64,000 bases of DNA. Source: Elusimicrobiota bacterium (GTDB taxonomy: Bacteria; Elusimicrobiota; Elusimicrobia; F11). Location: contig JBGAON010000001.1 of the NCBI GenBank assembly GCA_044221725.1, positions 320,001-384,000 on the forward strand, read 5' to 3'. The stretch's first letter is position 1; each line of letters begins with the position of its first letter. A program made the position numbers and the translations under genes. Shown one piece after another: positions 1 to 9,493 of this stretch. The notes beneath the pieces were generated by a model. The model searched no databases and was not told the origin of the DNA. It saw only the letters and a program-made list of their open reading frames with translations.

Positions 1-13
1 GCCGGAAATTTTA

Positions 14-1417
14 ATGGTGGCGATAAGTCTTGGTGCCACGCTCCACATATTGCTTCGCAGGCGCAATCCCTACGCGGCGTTGTGGTGGATTTGTCTTGTG
101 TGGTTGCTGCCATGTATAGGGGCGCTGCTCTATTATTTTTTCGGAATCAATCGCATCGAACGGCGTGCCACGTGGTTACGCCGGCATGTCATTTCAAGGT
201 CGGAGGAATCTCCGCATTTAATCCTTACCGATTCCATCGACGAAAACGCGATTTCATTTGAAATGCGGCATCTCGTTTCGGTGTGCCGCGTGGTTGAGAA
301 CGTTGTCAAACTTCCTTTGACAAGGGGCAATCGCATTACGCCGCTGGTCGGCGGCGACGACGCGTTCACGGCGATGCTTGAAGCAATCGATGCGGCCGAA
401 AAATCCATCGGCTTATCCACCTATATCTTCGAATATGACGCGATCGGCCAGAAATTTATCGCGGCATTATCGAAGGCGGTGGCGCGCGGTGTGCGTGTAC
501 GCGTTTTGATTGATGACGTCGGTTCGGGATGGCATTGGAAATCTGTGCATCACGAACTCGAGCGACAGAAAGTGCCGGTTTCGTATTTTATGCCCACGCT
601 GGTTCCTTGGCGATTGGCCTATTTCAATCTGCGCAGCCACCGAAAGATTTTAACGATTGACGGCAAGGTCGCGTTCACCGGCGGCATGAATATCACCGCT
701 TCCCACAGCGCGAAAAGTTTACCGAGCAACCCGGCCGAAGATGTGCATTTTCGACTCGAAGGACCGGTGGTCGCGCATGTGCAAGAAGCTTTTCGAGCGG
801 ATTGGCATTTTTCGACCGAGGAGATTTTGGGCGGCGAAGCGTGGTTCCCGAATCTCTATGAAGTGGGTCTTACCTACGCCCGCGGAATTGCGGACGGCCC
901 CGATGAAGATTTTGAAAAGTGCAAGCTGACGATGTTGGGCGCGCTCGCGCACGCGAAGCGGTCTGTTCGTATCATGACGCCGTATCTCATTCCCGATGCG
1001 GCGATGATCTCGTCGATCAATTTGGCTGCGCTCAGCGGTGTGCAGGTTGATTTGGTGCTTCCCGATGAGAACGATATGGCGTTGGTTGGCTGGGCCACCC
1101 AGGCGTATCTGTGGGAATTTTTGCAGCGCGGTGTGCGTGTGTGGCGGACGCCGCCACCTTTTAATCATGCGAAATTGATGGTGGTGGACGGTGGTTGGAC
1201 ACTTTTTGGTTCAACCAATTGGGATCCGCGCAGTTTGCGGCTCAACTTTGAGTTCAATGTGGAATGTTACGGGCGCGAGCTCGCGCTTTCAATCGAGGAA
1301 TTCATCGACAGCAAAATTCGCACCGCGCACAAGATTACGTTGGCCGAAATGGATTTCCGCCCGTTCCCTATAAAACTGCGGGACGGCGTAGCGCGACTGT
1401 TCTCGCCGATGCTGTAG
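14..1417 (+). CDS. cls: Cardiolipin synthase (PLD family); may extend 5' beyond the window
   Basis: N-terminal TM hairpin (PLDc_N-like) and two HKD motifs, HRKILTID and HAKLMVVD; frame is open to the window start. Confidence 0.9.
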   Translation: MVAISLGATLHILLRRRNPYAALWWICLVWLLPCIGALLYYFFGINRIERRATWLRRHVISRSEESPHLILTDSIDENAISFEMRHLVSVCRVVENVVKLPLTRGNRITPLVGGDDAFTAMLEAIDAAEKSIGLSTYIFEYDAIGQKFIAALSKAVARGVRVRVLIDDVGSGWHWKSVHHELERQKVPVSYFMPTLVPWRLAYFNLRSHRKILTIDGKVAFTGGMNITASHSAKSLPSNPAEDVHFRLEGPVVAHVQEAFRADWHFSTEEILGGEAWFPNLYEVGLTYARGIADGPDEDFEKCKLTMLGALAHAKRSVRIMTPYLIPDAAMISSINLAALSGVQVDLVLPDENDMALVGWATQAYLWEFLQRGVRVWRTPPPFNHAKLMVVDGGWTLFGSTNWDPRSLRLNFEFNVECYGRELALSIEEFIDSKIRTAHKITLAEMDFRPFPIKLRDGVARLFSPML

Positions 1418-1459
1418 ATGTTTTGGTACACTCCGGCCCCGCCAAATTACTCACCCAAT

Positions 1460-1531
1460 GTGGCCATAGCTCAGCGGAAGAGCACTTGCCTACGAAGCAA
1501 GGGGTCGCAGGTTCAAATCCTGCTGGCCACG
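1460..1531 (+). tRNA. tRNA-Arg(ACG)
   Basis: Acceptor stem GTGGCCA/TGGCCAC, anticodon arm CTTGC-CTACGAA-GCAAG, T-loop TTCAAAT; no encoded CCA. Confidence 0.95.
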
Positions 1532-2952
1532 GATTTCATGATTAAGTCCCGGTTCATCTTTGTTTGAATGTGTTCCGGGTGTTGAACCAGAACCTCGTCT
1601 AAAATCTTCAGTCCCTCCTCTTCTTTGCCGGTCTTCCAGAGCGCAAGCGCGAGAATATTTTGGGCTCCCGGATTATCCGGCCTCATTGCGAGAGATTGCC
1701 GTTCGAGCGATATGGCTTCGACATAGTTATGTTCCTGGTAATAAATGAGACCAAGATTCGCTCGAACAATGGACGACGTGGGGAATCTTAATGCCCATTG
1801 GTAAAGTTCCTTATCTGTTTTCCGGTGATAGATATTGAGCCATCCGAGAGAAACCCAAGCGACAACCACCGCGAAAATAGCGTAGGTGGAAATTAGCGGC
1901 TGGTTTTTTTCTTCGGCCAATTTAGCGACAATCCATGCCAGCCACACGCAGGCTCCAATGCCACTGACGTAAGCCCAGTGATCCAGCATCAACGAATTGG
2001 TGGCGAGGAGCGGAAGTTTTGGTAGGAAACCGATAAGAAACCATCCAAGCCCGAACAACAATTCCTTCGATTTTTTTTGGATTGCGAAGAGCACGAATAG
2101 TCCCCAAAGGATTGGGCTTACAAACATCCAAGGCGGATAAAAAACCATTCGTCTGTGAGAATGCAGATCGGTCGGAAAAAGAAACGTGCCCACGTAACTG
2201 GTAAAGATCGTTGGAAGATCCTGCCCCAAAAACAACAAGAGCGATTTTGGTTCAAATTTTGGTGCGGAGCTTGCGAGGGCATGACTGCGCAAAACCAGAT
2301 ACGTAACGCAGATAACGGCGTACCCGATGTAGCGTTTCCAATCTCTGCGAAAGGAGGGGAATAGCAATCCAATGAGTCCAATCCCGAGCGGCGCGACGAC
2401 GCCGCTTTCTTTGCTAAAACACGCAAGCGCGTAGCATGCCAGTGAACCAAGATATGCATAATGGTGGCGCAACAAACTGAGCCAAATCGTCAAAAGCACG
2501 AACGCCAAAGACATTAATTCTGCGCGACCCGCTGTGACAAGGAACTGTTCAACCACGATGGGATTGACCGCGAATAACACAGCAGCGCTAAAAGCAGTGC
2601 GGGTATCTTCGAACAACAAATTGAGAAGGGAAAAAAGCGCGAGCGTGCTTAGTATATGGAACAGCAGATTTGTTAAGTGATAACCGAACGGATTAAGCTT
2701 CCATATCCGATAGTCGATCATATTGGCTAAGGTCTGAATGGGTCGATAATAATCATCCCCTTTCCCATCGAACACATCGCTGGAAAACGCCTGCTTTATG
2801 GCAAGGAGTGAAATTGTTCTAATTTTTTCGTTTTTCTCGACAGTCTCGTGGTCGTCCCAGAAGAATCCGAGTCGCAACGTCGGGCAAAATGCCAAGAATG
2901 CAAAAAAGATTAGAGACCAATAGTATCGCCGGGTTTGCGAAGCGTCGTTCAT
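1513..2952 (-). CDS. TMTC-like (GT-C / protein O-mannosyltransferase-like) membrane protein with C-terminal TPR
   Basis: FFWDD, YYRP and GYHLTNLLFH motifs, multiple TM segments, TPR tail; start placed at MNDASQ. Confidence 0.75.
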   Translation of the reverse strand: MNDASQTRRYYWSLIFFAFLAFCPTLRLGFFWDDHETVEKNEKIRTISLLAIKQAFSSDVFDGKGDDYYRPIQTLANMIDYRIWKLNPFGYHLTNLLFHILSTLALFSLLNLLFEDTRTAFSAAVLFAVNPIVVEQFLVTAGRAELMSLAFVLLTIWLSLLRHHYAYLGSLACYALACFSKESGVVAPLGIGLIGLLFPSFRRDWKRYIGYAVICVTYLVLRSHALASSAPKFEPKSLLLFLGQDLPTIFTSYVGTFLFPTDLHSHRRMVFYPPWMFVSPILWGLFVLFAIQKKSKELLFGLGWFLIGFLPKLPLLATNSLMLDHWAYVSGIGACVWLAWIVAKLAEEKNQPLISTYAIFAVVVAWVSLGWLNIYHRKTDKELYQWALRFPTSSIVRANLGLIYYQEHNYVEAISLERQSLAMRPDNPGAQNILALALWKTGKEEEGLKILDEVLVQHPEHIQTKMNRDLIMKSVASRI

Positions 2953-2971
2953 GTGCCGGCCGCAATCATAA

Positions 2972-3451
2972 ATGAAACAATCCAAATTAAATAGTGAAAA
3001 TCATATAGAAAGAATGTCGCGCGTTATGGCGTTGGCGGGTACCGCCGCCAAAAAAGGTGAAGTGCCGATCGCGGCTATGCTCGTTAAAGATCGGGAAGTC
3101 ATCGCACGCGCCCACAACTTAACGCGGACTTGGCGCGATCCCACGGCGCACGCAGAGATCGTTGTCATTCAAAAGGCGATTGCGCGATTGAAAAACGAAC
3201 GGTTTTTGAATACCACACTTTATGTTACGCTCGAACCATGTCCGATGTGTGCCGGAGCGATCGTTCAGGCGCGCATTCCGACGGTGGTTTATGGTGCCAA
3301 CGATTTAAAAGCAGGGGCGTGCGGAACGGTTTTCAAGATTCTGCCGTCAAAGAAACTAAATCATCGGCCGCTCGTTGTAAGAGGAGTTCTGGCGGAAGAA
3401 TCTGTTAAACTGCTGCAGAAGTTTTTTAAGGATAGAAGAAAGTCGAAATGA
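2972..3451 (+). CDS. tadA: tRNA adenosine(34) deaminase
   Basis: GEVPI, DPTAHAE, TLEPCPMC and FFxxRR motifs. Confidence 0.93.
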   Translation: MKQSKLNSENHIERMSRVMALAGTAAKKGEVPIAAMLVKDREVIARAHNLTRTWRDPTAHAEIVVIQKAIARLKNERFLNTTLYVTLEPCPMCAGAIVQARIPTVVYGANDLKAGACGTVFKILPSKKLNHRPLVVRGVLAEESVKLLQKFFKDRRKSK

Positions 3452-3456
3452 GCCTC

Positions 3457-3573
3457 CCTTCGCTGAAGCTAGCTACGGGGGGCGGCCTTCGCCTCTTATT
3501 AAAGTTGCGTTGGTTCGGAGCGAACACCCGGCTTGCCGGCCGTAGCTCCGAACGTCTGTGAGGAGCGAAGGCC
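3457..3573. repeat. REP-like (GTAG-type) inverted-repeat cluster upstream of tmRNA
   Basis: CCTTCGCT..AGCTACGG (3457-3478) mirrored by CCGTAGCT..AGCGAAGG (3540-3571); GGCCTTCGC/GCGAAGGCC inverted pair. Confidence 0.55.
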
Positions 3574-3925
3574 GGGGGTGACCTGGTTTCGACGGTGGTT
3601 GTGTGAGTGATTGTTGCAGGTCGGGGTTGGTCGACGGCCCCGTTATCAAGTCGGCCAAACTAGTAACTGCCAACTCGCAAGAGATGGCTCTCGCAGCCTA
3701 ATACGCTGTGACGTTCTGCCCGAAACGCCCGGTATCGGGACAGAACGCCATTACCGGGATCGGTTGGTTGGGCGCGTCTCGTCCCAATTGGCTTAAATCA
3801 AACGAGGCTGGCCGTGCCGCGGTTCTGTCTCGTGACAACGACGCGGCGAGATAAAAGACGAGGCTAAACCTGTAGCGACAACACAAATGCCCCATCGGAC
3901 GCGGGTTCGATTCCCGCCACCTCCA
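3574..3925 (+). ncRNA. ssrA: tmRNA; tag (A)ANSQEMALAA at 3669-3701
   Basis: 5' GGGGGTGACCTGGTTTCGAC, 3' GCGGGTTCGATTCCCGCCACCTCCA, G3:U70 pair, tag ORF ending ALAA-TAA. Confidence 0.95.
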
Positions 3926-4059
3926 GTCTTCGCACTACAACCTAATTAATTTAATAAGGATGTAGTGCTACGCCTGGCAGGCCAGTCGAGCATCGTTCGG
4001 AGCGAAGCGAAATTAATAAAGGCGAAGACTGTCCCGCGTAGCCAACGGCGAAGTGGGAC
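3925..4059. repeat. REP-like palindrome cluster downstream of tmRNA
   Basis: AGTCTTCGC/GCGAAGACT, GCACTACA/TGTAGTGC and GTCCC-gCGTAGCcaacgGCGAAGt-GGGAC. Confidence 0.55.
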
Positions 4060-4075
4060 AAATCATAAGGACTCC

Positions 4076-4576
4076 ATGACAAGCGTTCTCAATAAACTCA
4101 AAAAACTCTTCCATTCCGAAATCCAAACCGGTGACATCGCGCCGGATTTTGAACTCTCGTCTCAGTCCGGATCAAAAGTCCGTTTGAGCGATTTCCGCGG
4201 AAAAAAGTCTGTCGTCCTTTATTTTTATCCGAAGGATGATACGTACGGCTGTATTGCGGAATCGTGCGAATTCAGAGATCAGTACGAGATTTTCAAAGAA
4301 AAGGGTGCCGAGGTGATCGGTGTCAGTTCGGATAATCCAGATTCACATGTTCGATTCGCTGCCAAATACCGTTTGCCGTTCACGCTTCTCAGCGATGAAC
4401 AGAACAAAGTGCGAAAGTTATACGGTGTGCCAGCCACCATGGGTTTCATCCCGGGCCGCGTGACCTACATCATCGATCGGCAGGGAAAGGTGCGGCACGT
4501 TTTCAATTCGCAGTTCAGCCCCAAATCCCACGTGGATCAAGCTCTCGCGATCCTTCGTGAGTGCGACCGTTGTTAA
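4076..4576 (+). CDS. bcp: Peroxiredoxin BCP/PrxQ
   Basis: YFYPKDDTYGC..E.C.FRD and GRVTYIID; RBS AAGGA before ATG 4076. Confidence 0.88.
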   Translation: MTSVLNKLKKLFHSEIQTGDIAPDFELSSQSGSKVRLSDFRGKKSVVLYFYPKDDTYGCIAESCEFRDQYEIFKEKGAEVIGVSSDNPDSHVRFAAKYRLPFTLLSDEQNKVRKLYGVPATMGFIPGRVTYIIDRQGKVRHVFNSQFSPKSHVDQALAILRECDRC

Positions 4577-5166
4577 ACTCGCTCATCCACTTTGTGCAGT
4601 TGGCGCAAGCCAATTTCTGGTTATCCGTGGGCTACTACGTAATTTTTGTATTTGGCACGATGTTTCTGCCTATTACACCGTTTCCAATCGCCGGTGGTGT
4701 CCTGTTCCCGTTTTGGATTGCGCTTCCGCTAAATATACTGGCCGCAACGGCCGGAGCGTGGCTTTCGTTCATGGTAACACGCACCTTTGGCCACAAGGCG
4801 GTGCACCAATTTCTTGTGCGCAGATTTCCATCGTTTGACAAGGTGGCCGACATGGAAGGTTTTCGAACCGTTTTAATTCTTAGGTTGGTCGGCATACCAC
4901 CGTTCATCGTGTCGAATTACGCTCTTGGCTTTTCTGAAGTGAGACACCGGGACTTTTTGTTCGGAACGATGGTTGGATTGTTGCCGTGGATGACGATCGT
5001 GAGTTTTCTGTCTCATTCTTTGTGGGATGCTATCCTCGTTGGCGGAGAAAAAGGCCTTACAAAAGCACTGGCTCACGCTTTGGGCCCATTGACGATTGTG
5101 TCGGTTCTTGTGGCAGCGATTTTCTTGGTTAAGTTTTTGATTAAGAAAAGAAAGTCGGCTATCTGA
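4561..5166 (+). CDS. TVP38/TMEM64 (VTT/DedA-like) membrane protein
   Basis: Hydrophobic profile with LRLVGIPPF..NY.LG and FLFGT.VG.LP. Confidence 0.82.
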   Translation: MRPLLNSLIHFVQLAQANFWLSVGYYVIFVFGTMFLPITPFPIAGGVLFPFWIALPLNILAATAGAWLSFMVTRTFGHKAVHQFLVRRFPSFDKVADMEGFRTVLILRLVGIPPFIVSNYALGFSEVRHRDFLFGTMVGLLPWMTIVSFLSHSLWDAILVGGEKGLTKALAHALGPLTIVSVLVAAIFLVKFLIKKRKSAI

Positions 5167-5167
5167 G

Positions 5168-5860
5168 TTACTCGAACTTGTAGCCAAAGCCTTCGATTGT
5201 GACCACGTGTTTCGCGCCTTCGGGTCCCAGTTTCTGCCGAAGACGTTTGATTGTGGCGTCTACCGTGCGGTCCGTCACCGGATAGTCGGTGCCCCAAACG
5301 GTTTCAACCAAATAACTGCGGCTTAGCACCTGTGGACTTTTCTTCATCAGCACATACAACAAATCGAACTCTTTTCTGGTAAGCCGTCCTTTGGCTACGC
5401 CGTCCACTTCCACCATGATCTGATCGACGAGAATACGCACGTTCGCACGTTCGAGAATTTTTTCGGCCGGATTTTCGTGTAACGTGCGACGTAGAATTGC
5501 GCGAATCCGGGCCACTAATTCCTTTGGTTCGAACGGCTTGGGCAGGTAATCGTCCGCGCCGAGTTCCAATCCTTTGACTTTGTCTTGGACGTTCGCTTGA
5601 GCGGTAAGCATGAGAATCGGGATGTGCCGAATCGCTGGGTCCTGCCGCATGACGCGGCATACTTCCATTCCCGGAATGTCTGGCAATCCAAGGTCTAGAA
5701 TAATAAGGTCGGGTTTTTCATCGTGTGCCATAGTGATGCCGGTTCCGCCGCGCGGCGTGGAAACCACCGAAAATCCTTCTTTTGGCAGGATGCTGTCGAA
5801 CAACATCAGAATTGCTTCGTCGTCATCGATGGCGAGTACTTTTGATTTAAGCGCGTCCAT
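5168..5860 (-). CDS. OmpR/PhoB-family response regulator
   Basis: Receiver DD..D..K motifs; winged helix LT.KEF.LL and RTVD.TIKRLR.KL; GAGG RBS before ATG 5860. Confidence 0.9.
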   Translation of the reverse strand: MDALKSKVLAIDDDEAILMLFDSILPKEGFSVVSTPRGGTGITMAHDEKPDLIILDLGLPDIPGMEVCRVMRQDPAIRHIPILMLTAQANVQDKVKGLELGADDYLPKPFEPKELVARIRAILRRTLHENPAEKILERANVRILVDQIMVEVDGVAKGRLTRKEFDLLYVLMKKSPQVLSRSYLVETVWGTDYPVTDRTVDATIKRLRQKLGPEGAKHVVTIEGFGYKFE

Positions 5861-5940
5861 GTCCAACCTCCGAGCGGAACTGTTCCATAGGGCTACAGGA
5901 AATATATGCCTGGTCTACGTCGGAAAATCAACCGGATTAT

Positions 5941-5981
5941 TTTGTCATCGATTTGCCTTCATTTTGCCACCCGTTTGTCAC
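5941..5981 (+). promoter_or_regulatory. Pho-box-like array, four TTTGYCWY direct repeats at 11-bp period
   Basis: TTTGTCAT 5941, TTTGCCTT 5952, TTTGCCAC 5963, TTTGTCAC 5974 in a divergent intergenic region. Confidence 0.6.
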
Positions 5982-6047
5982 AGTCTTCCCGAATCTTGAG
6001 GTGTCCGCTGGAAGGCTGCTTTTCAGAGCTGTTAGAATGGCCGCACT

Positions 6048-7136
6048 GTGATTCGGTCAAAAGCTTTGGACATCCTGTTTAAATATGGCACGGCCTTTCT
6101 CTCGTGCGGTGTGGCGTATTTTTTTACGCAGGGCCTGCGGCCGTTGTTTGACACGCATTTCTTTGAATTCTTTCAGGCGGCTGTTGTCATCAGCGCATGG
6201 TACGGTGGGCGTGGGCCCGGTGTTGTGGCTGCAACTCTGTCATTTCTGCTGATTGATTATTTCTTCTTGCATCCGATCCTGGCTTTCACAATGAGTGGTA
6301 CCGACTTTTGGCGTCTCGTGATATTCGAACTGGTCGCCCTGCTGACGAGCTCGCTTAGCGGGAAGTTGAAGCGGTCCAACGCTCAGCTTGAAGCGGCGCG
6401 TCACGATCTCGAATTGCGGGTTGAGCAACGCACCAAAGAGCTATACCTCGCGAACGAGGTCCTTACAAATGAAGTGGCGCATCGGTTGGAGGCCGAAAAA
6501 GCGCTCTTGGACATCAGCAACCGGGAGCAGCGGCGGCTTGGTCAAGATTTGCATGACGGTCTGGGGCAAATTCTCGCCGGAGTAAAATTTATGACACGCG
6601 CGTTGCGGGAATCGCTAACGCAGCAATCAATTCCCGACGCCGAGAGAGTTGCCACCATCGAATCTCAGCTGCGCGAGGCGTTGTCCTATGTGGACACTGT
6701 TTCGCGTGGGCTTTATCCGGTGGAGCTTGAGGCGCATGGTCTTACGGCCGCGCTCCATGAGTTGGCGGAGAGAACTTCGGCCGTGTATTCGGTCGTTTGT
6801 AGGTTCCTTCTTCTGAAACAAATTTCTTTCGACGACGGGGCGCTCACGAATCATTTGTATCGTATTGCCCAAGAAGCGGTTATGAACGCGCTCAAGAGTG
6901 GCCACGCTCGTCGAATTCATATTCGACTTTTCGAACGCGACAACAAGATCATGCTGAGTATCGCCGATAACGGAATTGGCATTGGAAACGTGGCGATGCG
7001 CAAAGGAATGGGTATAAAAATGATGGAATACCGCGCTCGCGTAATTCAAGGAAAAATAAAGTTTCGTTCACGGCCGAACGGTGGCACGCTCGTTGTGTGT
7101 GAAATCCCGAAAGGAGCCTTAAATGAAAGCAGGTGA
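6048..7136 (+). CDS. Sensor histidine kinase (DUF4118-like TM region + HisKA_3 + HATPase)
   Basis: EQRRLGQDLHDGLGQ, YRIAQEAVMNA, DNGIG, GMGI. Confidence 0.9.
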   Translation: MIRSKALDILFKYGTAFLSCGVAYFFTQGLRPLFDTHFFEFFQAAVVISAWYGGRGPGVVAATLSFLLIDYFFLHPILAFTMSGTDFWRLVIFELVALLTSSLSGKLKRSNAQLEAARHDLELRVEQRTKELYLANEVLTNEVAHRLEAEKALLDISNREQRRLGQDLHDGLGQILAGVKFMTRALRESLTQQSIPDAERVATIESQLREALSYVDTVSRGLYPVELEAHGLTAALHELAERTSAVYSVVCRFLLLKQISFDDGALTNHLYRIAQEAVMNALKSGHARRIHIRLFERDNKIMLSIADNGIGIGNVAMRKGMGIKMMEYRARVIQGKIKFRSRPNGGTLVVCEIPKGALNESR

Positions 7137-7794
7137 GAAACCAAAACGCAGAATCTTTATCGTTGATGATCATGCGGTGGTTCGTGATGGTTTGCGATGG
7201 ATCATTGAACGGGACAAAGAACTTGAGGTTTGCGGCGAGTCGGCCGATGCCGAATCGGCTATCGCAAAGGTAAAAGAGTTTAAGCCCGATCTCGTTATTG
7301 TGGATGTTGCGTTACCGGGAATGAGCGGTATTGATCTCACCAAGGAGTTGCGCGCTCAATTTCCAGAGATACGAATAATTGTGCTCTCCATGTTTAAAGA
7401 AAATCTTTACGCGGAGCGTGCGCTACGCGCCGGCGCGAACGGATACATCATGAAAAAGGATGGCGGCGATAATTTAATCGCCGCATTGCGGCGCGTCTTA
7501 AGTGGTCAAACATACGTGAGCGAAGAATTCAACGAATATTTGCTTCAGAAAATTGGCGCCGGCGGATCCTCGCCGGTGTCGTCTGTAGACGCACTGACGA
7601 ACCGTGAGCTTGATGTGCTGCGGTTGATCGGCCAGGGACACAGTTCGAAGGAGATAGCCTCCCGTTTGGATATCAGTATGAAAACCGTCGAAGCGCATCG
7701 CGAGCATATTCGAGCGAAGTTAAAGATGAACACAAACTCGGAACTCGTGCAGCACGCGATTCACTGGGTCCACAGCGAGGGTGTGCCTCACTAG
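7123..7794 (+). CDS. NarL/LuxR-family response regulator
   Basis: VDDH.VVR.G receiver; LTNRE.DVL..IGQG.S.KEIA..L.IS.KTVE.H HTH. Confidence 0.92.
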   Translation: MKAGEKPKRRIFIVDDHAVVRDGLRWIIERDKELEVCGESADAESAIAKVKEFKPDLVIVDVALPGMSGIDLTKELRAQFPEIRIIVLSMFKENLYAERALRAGANGYIMKKDGGDNLIAALRRVLSGQTYVSEEFNEYLLQKIGAGGSSPVSSVDALTNRELDVLRLIGQGHSSKEIASRLDISMKTVEAHREHIRAKLKMNTNSELVQHAIHWVHSEGVPH

Positions 7795-7876
7795 GCGATT
7801 TGCTTATTAAAAATAAGGGATTAATCATAATTACGTAACGCGTCTCCATTTCGCTATCTTGCCTCCCGTTTCAGAC

Positions 7877-7956
7877 TGCATACAACGACGTATGCATCAA
7901 AAAATCGAACGAAGGCGTTCTCATAATCAAAACTTATGAGAGCGCCTTTTTTATTT
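7877..7956 (+). promoter_or_regulatory. ANTAR-type dual-hairpin leader with overlapping intrinsic terminator
   Basis: TGCATAC-AACGAC-GTATGCA and GAAC-GAAGGC-GTTC; terminator AAGGCGTTCTCATAA..TTATGAGAGCGCCTTTTTT. Confidence 0.8.
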
Positions 7957-7972
7957 CAGGGAGGACAAACAG

Positions 7973-9493
7973 ATGTTTACGTCGAAGAAGTTGTTGTTAA
8001 GCACGTTGTTTGTCGGCGGTCTTTGGTTGCTCGGGACGCCGACGTTGCACGCCGAGGAAGCGGCGGCTGCGGCTGTCGTTGATACGGCCAGTCAGATCGC
8101 CGACTTACAGGCAAAAGTGGCCGACAACAAAGTTGTGATGGACACGCTTTGGGTGCTCATCACCGGTATGTTGGTGTTTTTCATGAATCTTGGTTTTGCG
8201 CTTGTTGAGTCCGGTTTCGCACGCGCGAAAAATTGCGTCAATATTCTTTCCAAGAACTTCATTGTGTTCGCTGCCTCGGCGCTCGCGTTTTGGGTGATCG
8301 GGTGGGGCTTTATGTTTGGTGATGGCACCGGTTTCATCGGACTGAAGGGACTTTGGTTGGCTTCCGGTGCGGATAACAGCCCGGCAGCCGGAGACCTTTA
8401 TAAGGGTGTTTACAGTGCTATTTCCTGGACCACAGTTCCATTCTGGGCCAAGTTCTTCTTCCAGCTTGTGTTCGCAGGAACCGCCGCGACGATTGTTTCG
8501 GGTGCTGTTGCCGAACGAATCAAATACGGCGCTTTTATTCTATTCACACTGGTGCTTGTCGGCGTAATTTATCCGATTACGGGTCATTGGATATGGGGGG
8601 GGGGCTGGCTCGCGAAAATGGGATTTTGGGATTTCGCCGGCGATACTGCGGTTCACTCGGTCGGTGGATGGGCCGCCTTGGCGGGCGTCATTGTTCTCGG
8701 TCCCCGTTTTGGAAAATTTGGAAGCGACGGAAAGGTCAATGCCATTCCGGGCCACAACTTAACCTCCGGGGTCATTGGTGTTTTTGTGCTGTGGTTGGGC
8801 TGGTTCGGGTTTAATCCGGGTTCGACAATGGCGGCTGTCGCTGGTGACATTGCCCGAATTTGCGTCACCACAAACACGGCTGCTATTGCGGCGTTGCTCA
8901 CGTCCACCATCACATCGTGGTTGTACCTTGGTAAGCCAGATCTCGGAATGTCAATCAATGGTTGTTTGGCCGGTCTCGTCGGAATTACGGCTTCCTGCGC
9001 TTATGTGAGCGTTGGAAGTTCGTTTGTGATCGGCGCAATCGCAGGAATCTTTGTGGTGTTCGCCGTCGTGTTTTTCGACAAGATTAAATGCGACGACCCG
9101 GTTGGCGCGCTTGCCGTGCATCTGGGTTGCGGTGTGTTGGGAACGATCTGCGTGGGACTCTTTGCGCAGGACCAGTTTATGCCCAACACAACCGGAAACG
9201 GACTTTTATTTGGTGGGGGAACGAAGCTTCTTATGGCGCAGTTGACCGGTGTCGTGGCTGTCGGTGCGTTCGTTTTCGTTACCTCATTAATTACGTTTCT
9301 TGCGATCAAATACACCTACGGCCTGCGCGTATCGCTCGAAGAAGAAATTGAAGGTTTGGATATCGGCGAGCACGGACAGGTGGCTTATCCGGAGTTTGTT
9401 TCAAAAAAGGCGTCTCATAGCGCCATTCCAGTTATGATGAGTGCTCAGACGAACGTTGCGCCATCACGTGTACGAGAAGGGAGTTTGTCATGA
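7973..9493 (+). CDS. amtB: Ammonium transporter (Amt) 1
   Basis: FFM..GF..VESG, FQ.VFA, DFAG...VH, WFGFNPGS, DDPVGA..VH, E..GLD..EHG; signal peptide. Confidence 0.95.
   Translation: MFTSKKLLLSTLFVGGLWLLGTPTLHAEEAAAAAVVDTASQIADLQAKVADNKVVMDTLWVLITGMLVFFMNLGFALVESGFARAKNCVNILSKNFIVFAASALAFWVIGWGFMFGDGTGFIGLKGLWLASGADNSPAAGDLYKGVYSAISWTTVPFWAKFFFQLVFAGTAATIVSGAVAERIKYGAFILFTLVLVGVIYPITGHWIWGGGWLAKMGFWDFAGDTAVHSVGGWAALAGVIVLGPRFGKFGSDGKVNAIPGHNLTSGVIGVFVLWLGWFGFNPGSTMAAVAGDIARICVTTNTAAIAALLTSTITSWLYLGKPDLGMSINGCLAGLVGITASCAYVSVGSSFVIGAIAGIFVVFAVVFFDKIKCDDPVGALAVHLGCGVLGTICVGLFAQDQFMPNTTGNGLLFGGGTKLLMAQLTGVVAVGAFVFVTSLITFLAIKYTYGLRVSLEEEIEGLDIGEHGQVAYPEFVSKKASHSAIPVMMSAQTNVAPSRVREGSLS

Noticed and set aside
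3452..3573. Possible SRP RNA after tadA
   Set aside because: No helix-8 GGAA/AGCAG motif; the structure is explained by REP-like palindromes
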